Source: a bacterium
GTDB taxonomy: Bacteria; DUMJ01
NCBI GenBank assembly: GCA_026418035.1
Contig: JAOACC010000037.1
Coordinates: 1-43,167, forward strand
Length of the DNA stretch: 43,167 nucleotides
Reading direction: 5' to 3'
Made by a program: the position numbers and the translations under genes. The notes beneath the pieces are model-generated. The model ran no database searches and was not told where the DNA came from. It was given only the letters and a program-made list of their open reading frames with translations. Every line of letters starts with the position of its first letter. Position 1 is the first letter of the stretch. Positions 9,684 to 18,705 of the stretch are shown here, one piece after another.

Positions 9684-10724
9684 ATGATTTTGAACTATAG
9701 CACAGTTATGGAAAAAGAGATTAGGGAAGAACCAGAAATACTTCGCAATATCCTGAAAAATAATATTTCTATATTGACGAGTATTAAAAACTTCTTGAAG
9801 AAAAGAGATATAGATGGTGTGTATATATCTGCTAGAGGGACCTCAGATAATGCTAGTACGTTAGGGAAATATCTTATAGAGTCTATTCTTGGGTATGTTA
9901 CAGCTCTTTCTGCTCCTTCTTTATTTACAATATACAAAACCCCTCCATCTTTAAGGAATAAAATTGTGGTAGGGGTATCGCAGTCTGGAAAGAGCGAGGA
10001 TGTCTGTGAGGTATTAAAATGGGGTAAAAAAGAAGGGGCTTTCTGTATAGCTATAACAAACCATTTAGATAGTCCTCTGGCAAATTTGGCTGATGAAGTC
10101 CTTCCTTGCTGGGCAGGTGAAGAGAAAAGTGTTCCAGCCACTAAGACATATCTGGCTGAGATATTCAACATGTATCTATTCTGCTCAGTTATAGGAGATA
10201 AATCTGACATGCTCAATTTACTGAAGGATATGCCTTTTTATATAAGTGATATTATAGAAAAGGCTTCCCAAATAGATGTAGGTAGATTCCACTTTATGGA
10301 TAGGTGCATCTGTATTGGAAGAGGATTTAACTATTCTACAGCTATGGAATTTTCCCTAAAGCTAAAAGAAACTTCGTATGTCTTTGCAGAAGCTTATAGT
10401 TCAGCCGATTTTTTACATGGACCTTTGGCTTTGGTCTCTTATCAATTACCTATCTTTGTCTTTCTTCCTCTAGGACCTACTTACAGACATCTTAAAGAGG
10501 TTATAGATACTCTTAAAGAAAAAACTGAAGATATATTTATATTTAGCTTTGGTGAGTTAGAAATAGAAAAAGGTGGCTTTGTAATACCTTATAAGACAGA
10601 TGAGATTTTAAGTCCTATACTCTTTACTTCTGTCTTTCAGATATTTGCTAATAAATTGGCATTAGATAAAGGGTTTAACCCTGATAATCCTAGATTTTTA
10701 AAGAAGGTGACTATAACTAGATGA
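9684..10724 (+). CDS. Double-SIS-domain protein (GlmS isomerase-like; probable glucosamine-6-phosphate deaminase, NagB-II type)
   Basis: ARGTSDNA, VSQSGKSED, EKSVPATKTY, LKLKE, FLHGP and NPDNPRFLKKVTIT motifs. No glutaminase domain. Confidence 0.85.
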   Translation: MILNYSTVMEKEIREEPEILRNILKNNISILTSIKNFLKKRDIDGVYISARGTSDNASTLGKYLIESILGYVTALSAPSLFTIYKTPPSLRNKIVVGVSQSGKSEDVCEVLKWGKKEGAFCIAITNHLDSPLANLADEVLPCWAGEEKSVPATKTYLAEIFNMYLFCSVIGDKSDMLNLLKDMPFYISDIIEKASQIDVGRFHFMDRCICIGRGFNYSTAMEFSLKLKETSYVFAEAYSSADFLHGPLALVSYQLPIFVFLPLGPTYRHLKEVIDTLKEKTEDIFIFSFGELEIEKGGFVIPYKTDEILSPILFTSVFQIFANKLALDKGFNPDNPRFLKKVTITR

Positions 10725-10906
10725 GAATAGTTGCTTATAAAGTAAAATGCAGTAGATTTTTACTAGTTTCTAAAGACAAGATAGCTGGAGATTGTCTTCT
10801 TAAAGAAAATATAGGTAGAGAAACCATAAAAACGTGTAAAATAGATGAAAATTGTAAGTTACCAGAGAGACTTGAAAGACTTATCTCTAGATACTTTTCT
10901 TCTTAG
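10721..10906 (+). CDS. Small hypothetical protein with 4 Cys (61 aa)
   Basis: ATGA overlap with the upstream stop, AAGGTG upstream, fills a 120-nt gap. It does overlap the next gene. Confidence 0.45.
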   Translation: MRIVAYKVKCSRFLLVSKDKIAGDCLLKENIGRETIKTCKIDENCKLPERLERLISRYFSS

Positions 10907-11534
10907 TATATACTCAGCCCTTTATAAAGCATTTGGTCCACAATACTGGTGGCCAGCAGAGACTAAGTTCGAAATAGTAGTTGGGGCTATTCTTACACAG
11001 AATACTAATTGGAAAAATGTAGAAAAGGCTATAGATAATCTTAAAAAAAGCGGAATTATGAGTATTGAAGGTATTTTGGAAAATAAAGACAGAATACCAG
11101 AGTTGATAAAAAGTGTTGGATACTATAGAATAAAGACAGATAGGCTTATAAATCTTATGAATAAGATTAAAGAGTATAGGTCCTTAGAGAACTTTTTAAG
11201 TTTACCTTTAGAGAGACTTAGGGAGGAGCTACTTAGTATAAAAGGGGTTGGTAAGGAAACAGCAGACTCAATAATATTATATGCTGGAGATTATCCCATC
11301 TTTGTTGTGGATGCCTATACTAGAAGGTTATTTTCTAGGCTAGGAATAATAAAAGGTGATGAGAGTTATGATGAGATCCAGAATTTAGTGATGAATAATA
11401 CTTCAAGAGACGGATACCTATATAATGAGTTTCACGCTCTTATAGTAGAGCATTGTAAGAGATACTGTAAAAAGAAGCCTATCTGTGCTGATTGTCCAAT
11501 TAAAAATTTATGTGAGGGGGTTGATAATGGATAG
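10845..11534 (+). CDS. Endonuclease III-related HhH-GPD DNA glycosylase with 4Fe-4S motif
   Basis: GPQYWWP, GAILTQNTNW, LLSIKGVGKETAD (HhH), FVVDAY and CKKKPICADCPIKNLC. Start uncertain (alternative TTG at 10872). Confidence 0.88.
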   Translation: MKIVSYQRDLKDLSLDTFLLSIYSALYKAFGPQYWWPAETKFEIVVGAILTQNTNWKNVEKAIDNLKKSGIMSIEGILENKDRIPELIKSVGYYRIKTDRLINLMNKIKEYRSLENFLSLPLERLREELLSIKGVGKETADSIILYAGDYPIFVVDAYTRRLFSRLGIIKGDESYDEIQNLVMNNTSRDGYLYNEFHALIVEHCKRYCKKKPICADCPIKNLCEGVDNG

Positions 11535-13281
11535 GTCTATAATAAAGGCTTATAGAGAGTTGTATGTCTATATAAAACCATATAAGCTACTTATATTTCT
11601 TCTTTTTCTGATTACTATTATTTTGGCTCCTTCTAGGCTTATCTTTTCCCCTATTTTGAAGTTTTTATTTGATGAAGTTTTTAATTCTCAGAAAGCCTAT
11701 AATGTGGCGTTAAGAAATCTGCATACAGCTATACTTCTTATTGTTGGTATTACTATAATCCAGGGTATAATCCAATATTGGCAGATATATATTCAGTCAG
11801 TAATAACCCAAAGAGTAATGAACGATTTACGAGTAAGAGTTTATGCTCATCTACAGAAGCTATCTATGGAATTTTATCAGAGATGGCATACAGGCGAGAT
11901 AATATCTCGTTTATCTAATGATACAACACTAATTCCGCAGGCTCTTAACTCCATCCTTATAGATGTCCCTCTGAGTGGTCTTATGCTTATTGGAGCATTA
12001 GGCTATATGGTATATCTTAATTGGAAGCTCACCCTGTTTACCTTGGCTATACTTCCTTTTATAGCGTCTGTAGTCTCATATCTTGGAAATCAGATGGTAA
12101 GAGTTACTAGACAAGTTCAACAGAGATTTGCTGAGCTAGTAAAACTTCTAGAGGAGAGAATAAGTGGGGTTCATCTGATAAAATCTTTTGGTATGGAAGA
12201 ATCTGAGATATTTAGATTTCAAAAGGTAAGTAAAGAAAGTCTAGAGGTTTCCTTAAAAAGCGCTAAAATTATAGCTACACAAACACCAATAATAACCTTG
12301 CTTCAGACTATAGGTTTGTTAGGAATCCTGTGGTTTGGCGGCTTACAGGTTCTAAATAAGAGTATGACCTCTGGTAGTCTGATGGCTTTTTTTACCGCTT
12401 TACTTATGATGGTAGACCCGATATCCTCTATATCTCGAAGCTTTAATATAATAAGCCAGAGTGCAGGGGCTATAGGGAGGATATTTGAGCTTTTTGAAGC
12501 AGAACCTTTAGTAAGAGAAAAGCCTAATGCTATTACCATCCCGATAAAAGGAGAGATAGAATTTAAAAATGTAACATTTGGATATGATGGTGGAGACCCT
12601 GTCATAAGAAATGTCTCATTCCGTGTAAATCCTGGGGAGATAGTTGCTCTTGTAGGAAGAAGCGGGGCTGGCAAGACAACTATAGTAAATCTGCTTATGA
12701 GATTTTATGACCCTCAGGAAGGTTCAATCTTGATTGATAAAGTTGATATAAGAGATTTCAGGATATATTCACTTAGGCAGCAGATGAGTATAGTTCCTCA
12801 AGATACTATACTGTTTTCTGATACAATTCTGGAGAATATAAGGTATGGGACACCATATGCGACAAGAGAGGAAGTAGTGGAAGCTGCTAAGTCTGCTAAT
12901 GCTCATGATTTTATAATGCAGTTGCCTAATGGCTATGATACTGTAATAGGTGAAGAATCCGGGGTAAGACTTTCCGGTGGACAAAGACAACGTATAGCCA
13001 TTGCAAGAGCCTTTTTGCATAATCCTAAAATTCTCATCTTAGATGAGGCTACATCTGCCTTAGATCCCGAATCAGAGTCTCTAGTAAAAGATGCTATTAT
13101 AAAACTAATGAAGGGGAGAACTACGTTTATCATATCTCACCGCTTAGGTTTTGTTAAGGAAGCTGATCTTATATTAGTGATTGAGAATGGTGAAATAATA
13201 GAGAAGGGGACTCATAAGGAACTTTTAGCTAAGAACGGTATATATAGGAGATTTTATGAAGCTGGATCGGAAACGTTATAG
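11527..13281 (+). CDS. ABC exporter, fused TMD-NBD (MsbA-like)
   Basis: Multi-TM N-domain, Walker A GRSGAGKT, LSGGQRQR, ILILDEATS and ISHRL. Start moved to the ATG at 11527 after a GAGGGGG RBS. Confidence 0.88.
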   Translation: MDRSIIKAYRELYVYIKPYKLLIFLLFLITIILAPSRLIFSPILKFLFDEVFNSQKAYNVALRNLHTAILLIVGITIIQGIIQYWQIYIQSVITQRVMNDLRVRVYAHLQKLSMEFYQRWHTGEIISRLSNDTTLIPQALNSILIDVPLSGLMLIGALGYMVYLNWKLTLFTLAILPFIASVVSYLGNQMVRVTRQVQQRFAELVKLLEERISGVHLIKSFGMEESEIFRFQKVSKESLEVSLKSAKIIATQTPIITLLQTIGLLGILWFGGLQVLNKSMTSGSLMAFFTALLMMVDPISSISRSFNIISQSAGAIGRIFELFEAEPLVREKPNAITIPIKGEIEFKNVTFGYDGGDPVIRNVSFRVNPGEIVALVGRSGAGKTTIVNLLMRFYDPQEGSILIDKVDIRDFRIYSLRQQMSIVPQDTILFSDTILENIRYGTPYATREEVVEAAKSANAHDFIMQLPNGYDTVIGEESGVRLSGGQRQRIAIARAFLHNPKILILDEATSALDPESESLVKDAIIKLMKGRTTFIISHRLGFVKEADLILVIENGEIIEKGTHKELLAKNGIYRRFYEAGSETL

Positions 13282-13283
13282 AC

Positions 13284-13312
13284 TTGATTTATTGATTTAT
13301 AGTTGCTATAAT
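13284..13312 (+). promoter_or_regulatory. Sigma70 promoter for the IclR/DHOD-like operon
   Basis: TTGATT (13284-89), 17-bp spacer, TG-C-TATAAT (extended -10, 13307-12). Tandem TTGATTTA repeat overlaps the -35. Confidence 0.7.
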
Positions 13313-13342
13313 CCATAAAAACTATAAAATGGAGTTGCTCTT

Positions 13343-14128
13343 ATGAGAACAAAGAGGGAAAGAGGGAAAGCTTTGGATAATGTACAAAGTCTAGAGAGGG
13401 CGTTAAGAATAATAGATCTTTTGGCACACTCAGGTAAGCCTATGGGGGTTACTGAAATAGGTAAGCTTATAGGAGTCCATAAGAGTACTGCCTATAGGCT
13501 TGTAAACACTCTAAGACAGTTTGGTTATGTAGATCAGGATAAAGAGACGGAGAAATATTTTTTGGGGTTAAAGCCTTTAGAACTTTCTAGCATTATAAAT
13601 GAAAGACTTGACATAAAGGATATAATTCATCCATATTTAGAAGAACTTGCGGATAAAACAAACGAGACTGTACATCTGGCTGTTAGGGAAGGGGATGAGA
13701 TTGTATATATAGATAAGGTAGAAAGTAAGCACACTATTAGAATGTATTCTAGAGTAGGAGCTAGAGCTCCCCTTTATTGTACAGCATTAGGTAAATGTTT
13801 ACTTGCTTTTGGGCCTGAAGAGCTGATTAAAAAGTGGATATCAAAAGATACTCTTCCTCAGAGAACCCCAAATACTATAAAGACTGGAAAAGAATTAGAT
13901 GAAGAATTGGAAAAAGTTAGAGAGCAAGGATATGCTCTAGATAGGGAAGAGTTTGAGCCTGGTATAAGATGTATAGGGGTTCCTATCATTAATAGGAAGG
14001 GTAAGGCGATATCAGCAATAAGTATTTCTATCCCGTCCTTTAGGTTAACAGAGGAGAGATTACAGGAACTGATTCCGATTCTTCTCAAGACAAGAGACAC
14101 GGTTTCTGAGAAATTGAAGTATCTGTAA
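13343..14128 (+). CDS. IclR-family transcriptional regulator
   Basis: VQSLERAL, HKSTAYRLVNTL HTH, ETVHL, PLYCTALGK, GYALDREE and GIRCIGVPI. Alternative TTG start at 13373. Confidence 0.93.
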   Translation: MRTKRERGKALDNVQSLERALRIIDLLAHSGKPMGVTEIGKLIGVHKSTAYRLVNTLRQFGYVDQDKETEKYFLGLKPLELSSIINERLDIKDIIHPYLEELADKTNETVHLAVREGDEIVYIDKVESKHTIRMYSRVGARAPLYCTALGKCLLAFGPEELIKKWISKDTLPQRTPNTIKTGKELDEELEKVREQGYALDREEFEPGIRCIGVPIINRKGKAISAISISIPSFRLTEERLQELIPILLKTRDTVSEKLKYL

Positions 14129-14143
14129 AGGAGGAGGAATACC

Positions 14144-15292
14144 TTGCCAAATATAGAAGTAACTTATGCTGGTTTAAGACTTAAAACCCCAATTATAGTT
14201 TCTTCTGCAGGTATAGTTGGGTATGCTCATCAGATAAAAAGAGCAGAGGATTATGGTGCAGGGGCAGTGGTTATGAAGTCTTTTTTCGAAGAGGAGGTAT
14301 GTAGAAAGGCTCCAACTCCTAGATTTAAATTGATAAGAAGAGGATATAATGGTAATTCTTCTGTTATATTATATTCTTACGAGCAGGCTAGTGAACTTGG
14401 CCCAGAGGAGTATGCAGAAGAAGTTTCTAAGGCTAAGAGTATTGTAAAAATTCCTGTCTTTGCCAGTTTAAATTGTATTACTCCAGAGATGTGGAATAGA
14501 ATGGCGCACTTAGTTGAGTCTGCTGGTGCTGATGGGATAGAACTAAACGTAAGCTGTCCTCATGGTGTTCATATAATGGAGGGAAGGACATTAAGAGATG
14601 AAATAAGAAAAGCTTTAGAGGCTACCAAGGATATAAAGATTCCTCGCATTGTAAAATTAAGTCCTCAGACAAGTGATCCAATGATAGAGGCAAGTGAGGT
14701 GGAGAAGAGCGGAGGAAACGGCATAGTTGTTTTTAATAGATTTACCGGATTAGATATAGACATAGAAGCAGAAACTCCTATACTCCATGGGGGATATGCA
14801 GGGCATGGAGGGGCTTGGGCTATTCATTATGTCCTTAGATGGATATCTGCTTTGTACCCTCACATACATATACCGATTTCTGCTAGTGGTGGGGTAACTA
14901 ATGGAGCTGATGCTGTCAAATGTGTATTTGCAGGAGCAACTTCGGTTCAGATATGTACTGTTGTTATTTTGAAAGGATATGAAGTTATAGAAAAGATTAA
15001 TAAAGAGATAATCGGTTTTCTTGAAAAAAAGGGCTATGCGTCTTTAGATGATATAAAAGGTAAAATCATAGGGAAGATTTTGTCGTATAAAGAAGTAGAT
15101 AGAAGAAAATTATATGTAGCATATATAAACCAAGAGAAATGTAATCAATGTGAAGCCTGCTATAAAGCTTGTTATTCTTCTGCTATTGAAAAAGATAACA
15201 ATGGAAAATTCTATGTAAATTCAAACTGTATAGGCTGTGGGCTTTGCGTAGAACTCTGTCCAAGAAGGGCAATTGAACTAGTTAGAATATAA
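14144..15292 (+). CDS. Dihydroorotate/dihydropyrimidine dehydrogenase-like FMN enzyme with C-terminal 2x[4Fe-4S] domain
   Basis: GAGAVVMKSFFEE, ELNVSCPH, VKLSP, FNRF, SASGGV, CNQCEACYKAC and CIGCGLCVELCP. TTG start after GGAGGAGG. Confidence 0.82.
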   Translation: MPNIEVTYAGLRLKTPIIVSSAGIVGYAHQIKRAEDYGAGAVVMKSFFEEEVCRKAPTPRFKLIRRGYNGNSSVILYSYEQASELGPEEYAEEVSKAKSIVKIPVFASLNCITPEMWNRMAHLVESAGADGIELNVSCPHGVHIMEGRTLRDEIRKALEATKDIKIPRIVKLSPQTSDPMIEASEVEKSGGNGIVVFNRFTGLDIDIEAETPILHGGYAGHGGAWAIHYVLRWISALYPHIHIPISASGGVTNGADAVKCVFAGATSVQICTVVILKGYEVIEKINKEIIGFLEKKGYASLDDIKGKIIGKILSYKEVDRRKLYVAYINQEKCNQCEACYKACYSSAIEKDNNGKFYVNSNCIGCGLCVELCPRRAIELVRI

Positions 15293-15294
15293 AG

Positions 15295-17391
15295 TTACAA
15301 TTTTTCTAATCCTGCATACTTTGCCAAGAGGTGCTTCTTACCAATATCATTGAACACCACTACCAGTTCTGTTTCCCCGTTTTCTAGAGGACGCACCTCT
15401 TGGATAATCCCTTCTCCCCATCTAGAGTGCCAAACTCTCTCTCCTCTTTCAAAGATAACATCTACCTTTGTAACTGGTTCTATATACTCTTCTGGTATCT
15501 CTTTTACAAATCTAGAGAGCTCGTTACTGTTAGTATGTCCATAAAGTGTTCTTATTTCTGCAGAGGTAAGATATAGATACTTTTTTGCTCTAGTCATACC
15601 TACATAGCACAGTCTTCTTTCTTCCTCTAACTCTTCTCTTTCTCCCATAGATAGACTGTGGGGAAATACTCCTTCTTCCATACCAGTCATAAATACAACT
15701 GGAAACTCTAAACCCTTTGCACTATGTATCGTCATAAGGACCACTGAAGAATTTTCTTCCTCTAATGTATCTATATCTGACATTAGTGATACATAGTTTA
15801 AGAAACTCTCTAAAGTCAGATCTTCTGCCTGTTTAGAGAATTCCTTTGCTACAGATATCAACTCTTCCACATTTTCTATTCTCATCTGAGCTGTAGCTGT
15901 CTGTAGTTCTGATAGTTCTTTTATGTACCCTGTCTTATCTAGCACTTCTATAATAGTATCTTCTATAGAGTGCAATTTAGCATAAGCTATTAGTGCCTCT
16001 ATAAGTTCTATAAATTTTTCTACCTCTTTGCCTACCTTCTTCCCTAGCTCGCCTGCTTCGATTAGATTTTTCATTGCTTCTAAATAATCTATGCCCTTTT
16101 CGTTAGCATAGTCTATGATCTTAGAGATGGTAGCATCTCCTATCCCCCTTCTAGGCGTATTTATTATCCTCTTTAAGCTTATTCCATCATACTGATTTAC
16201 AAGGAATCTTAAATAGGATAAGATATCCTTTATCTCTTTTCTTTGATAGAATTTTATACCACCAATGATTCTGTATGGTATGCCATTTTTTATCATTGCC
16301 TCTTCAAGAGCTCTAGACTGCGCATGAGTTCTATAGAAAACAGCAAAATCTCCAAAATTTAAATTTTCCTTCTTTTGTAGAAGAATAATCTCTCTTGCTA
16401 CAAAATTTGCTTCAGCTATCTCATCTTTGGCTATATAGAGTTTTATCTTGCTTCCAATTCCATTGTTTGTCCAAAGATTTTTACCTTTTCTAAATTTATT
16501 GTGAGCTATAACTTTGTTTGCAGCTTCTAATATGTTTTGTGTTGACCTGTAATTTTGTTCTAGACGGATCACCTTTGCGCCAGGGAAGTCTTTCTCAAAC
16601 TCTAGGATATTTCTTATATCAGCCCCTCTCCAGCTATATATTGCTTGATCATCATCTCCCACTACTGTAACCCTACGATGCATTTGAGCCAATAGGAATA
16701 CTATTACATATTGAGCGTAATTTGTATCCTGATACTCATCAACAAGTATATATCTAAATTTGTTCTGATAATAAGATAAAATCTTTTCATTCTCTCTAAA
16801 TAGCTTGACCAGATACATAAGAAGATCGTCAAAATCTAAGGCTTGGTTCTGTATCAGTTTTTCTTGATACTTCTGATATACTTTAGCAACTACACTTTCA
16901 TAGTAGCTTTCTACAAATTCTCCATAAGTTACAGGGTCTATAAGACTTTCTTTAGCCCTGCTAATCCTTTCTATGAAACCTCCAGGTGGATACCTCTTTA
17001 TATCGAGATTTAACTCTGATATTACTTCTTTTATAAGGGTAGTTTGGTCATCTTCATCAAGAATGGAGAAATTGTTGTTTATTCCCACATATGGCCCATA
17101 TCTCCTTAGTATTTTTACCGCAGTGGCATGAAATGTTCCTAACCATACATCAGTTACTTCTTTTTGTAACAATTTGGCAACTCTAGACTTCATCTCTCCA
17201 GCTGCTTTATTAGTGAATGTAACTCCTAATATACTATCTTCTGGTACATCTAACTCTTTGACAAGATAAGCAATCTTATAAGTTATAACCCTAGTCTTGC
17301 CACTTCCAGCTCCGGCAAGAACTAAAAGTGGTGCCTCTGTATATAAAACTGCTTCTCTCTGTTGAGGATTTAATTCGTCTAGGAAAAACAT
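15295..17391 (-). CDS. pcrA: ATP-dependent DNA helicase PcrA/UvrD
   Basis: AGAGSGKT, TFTNKAA, VDEYQDTN, VGDDDQAIYSWRGA, LEQNYRST, TIHSAKGLEF, EERRLCYVGMTRA and C-terminal Tudor-like domain. Confidence 0.95.
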   Translation of the reverse strand: MFFLDELNPQQREAVLYTEAPLLVLAGAGSGKTRVITYKIAYLVKELDVPEDSILGVTFTNKAAGEMKSRVAKLLQKEVTDVWLGTFHATAVKILRRYGPYVGINNNFSILDEDDQTTLIKEVISELNLDIKRYPPGGFIERISRAKESLIDPVTYGEFVESYYESVVAKVYQKYQEKLIQNQALDFDDLLMYLVKLFRENEKILSYYQNKFRYILVDEYQDTNYAQYVIVFLLAQMHRRVTVVGDDDQAIYSWRGADIRNILEFEKDFPGAKVIRLEQNYRSTQNILEAANKVIAHNKFRKGKNLWTNNGIGSKIKLYIAKDEIAEANFVAREIILLQKKENLNFGDFAVFYRTHAQSRALEEAMIKNGIPYRIIGGIKFYQRKEIKDILSYLRFLVNQYDGISLKRIINTPRRGIGDATISKIIDYANEKGIDYLEAMKNLIEAGELGKKVGKEVEKFIELIEALIAYAKLHSIEDTIIEVLDKTGYIKELSELQTATAQMRIENVEELISVAKEFSKQAEDLTLESFLNYVSLMSDIDTLEEENSSVVLMTIHSAKGLEFPVVFMTGMEEGVFPHSLSMGEREELEEERRLCYVGMTRAKKYLYLTSAEIRTLYGHTNSNELSRFVKEIPEEYIEPVTKVDVIFERGERVWHSRWGEGIIQEVRPLENGETELVVVFNDIGKKHLLAKYAGLEKL

Positions 17392-17400
17392 TTTACTAAA

Positions 17401-18690
17401 CTAAATTTTTTCACTTTCTGGGACTTCCTCTTCTAGATAAACCTCTTTGCTATCTTCATCGTAGACAAACAATTCAGCATATCTTCCCCAATCTATAGCT
17501 ATCTCCATTTGAGCCTGAGCTTCGCTAGTACTAAATTTTGTCTCCAACAGTTCAATAAAGAATTCTATTGGCATTCTATGATTAGATTTATTCTTTAAGA
17601 CCTGAATTATCTGTTGAATAAATGGAACATTAGCTAGTAATTGCTTTCTAAATATCTCTTTCTTTTCTAGGACGTCTGCCTCTGCAAAGATCTTTCCCAT
17701 TTCTGTAACTGATATATCTCCACCTGTTGTATCTATGAATTTTAACAATTCTGCTGCTTCTATAACTGGTTGAATATCTGCTAAGTCCATATTTAGATCT
17801 TCTGCTATTTTATAAATATCCTCTTTTCTCTCTAGTTCTGCAACAAGCTCTACAAATCCAGCTATAGCTCCTACCCTGACATGAGGAAGAGGTGTTCCAT
17901 ATCTTTCTGGCTTTGATGGCTTAGTAGCTATAGGTTTCCCCATCATAATGCTATAGATTCGATCAACTAACCTCAAAAAATCTTCTGATTCTCTATCTCT
18001 CCAATGAGGTATATTTACATAGATCTCCTGCTTTATTCTCCCGGGATTTTTATCTAAGACTATTACTCTATCTGCTAAGTATACAGCTTCTTCAATGCTA
18101 TGTGTTATTAGGAGAATTGTCTTGGTAGGAATTCTTTTCTCAATCCAAAGCTCTAAAAGGTCGTTACGAAGGTTCTCTGAAGTAAGAACATCTAAACCTG
18201 AGAAAGGTTCATCCATAAGTAGAACTTCAGGTTCCACTACTAAAGCCCTAGCAAAACCAACCCTTTGTCTCATGCCTCCAGACAATTCTTTAGGATATGC
18301 ACTTTCAAATCCATCCAAACCTATTAAGTCTATCATCTTTAAAGCTCTCTCTCTACGCTCTTTGGGTGGTATTCCTTTAGCTTTTAAACCTATCTCTACG
18401 TTTTCTAGGACTGTTAACCATGGAAAAAGTGCTGCCGTCTGAAATACCATTGATACTCCTGGATTTACTCCTTCTACTAATTTCCCTCTATACAAGACTT
18501 CTCCATGAGTTGGCTTTATAAGACCGGCAATAGCTCTTACTATGGTAGATTTTCCGGCTCCAGATGGCCCTAAGATTGCTACAAATTCTCCCTCTTCAAG
18601 AGAAAGATTTATATCCTCCACAACAGTTATCCTAGTATTATTTGGCATATCAAAAATTATTGTTAAATTCTTTGTTTCTATAATTGCCAT
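17401..18690 (-). CDS. NitT/TauT-family ABC ATP-binding protein with C-terminal AAA-associated domain
   Basis: GPSGAGKST, LFPWLTV, LSGGMRQR, LMDEPFS and THSIEEA, plus a ~170-aa extension ending IDWGRYAELF. Confidence 0.88.
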   Translation of the reverse strand: MAIIETKNLTIIFDMPNNTRITVVEDINLSLEEGEFVAILGPSGAGKSTIVRAIAGLIKPTHGEVLYRGKLVEGVNPGVSMVFQTAALFPWLTVLENVEIGLKAKGIPPKERRERALKMIDLIGLDGFESAYPKELSGGMRQRVGFARALVVEPEVLLMDEPFSGLDVLTSENLRNDLLELWIEKRIPTKTILLITHSIEEAVYLADRVIVLDKNPGRIKQEIYVNIPHWRDRESEDFLRLVDRIYSIMMGKPIATKPSKPERYGTPLPHVRVGAIAGFVELVAELERKEDIYKIAEDLNMDLADIQPVIEAAELLKFIDTTGGDISVTEMGKIFAEADVLEKKEIFRKQLLANVPFIQQIIQVLKNKSNHRMPIEFFIELLETKFSTSEAQAQMEIAIDWGRYAELFVYDEDSKEVYLEEEVPESEKI

Positions 18691-18705
18691 AGCTCTATTA
18701 TTATA

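Noticed and set aside
15295-17391. UvrD-family helicase as part of an anti-phage system (e.g. Gabija)
   Set aside because: It is a full-length canonical PcrA with its C-terminal domain. The neighbouring ATPase is a transporter NBD with a permease, not an OLD/TOPRIM nuclease.
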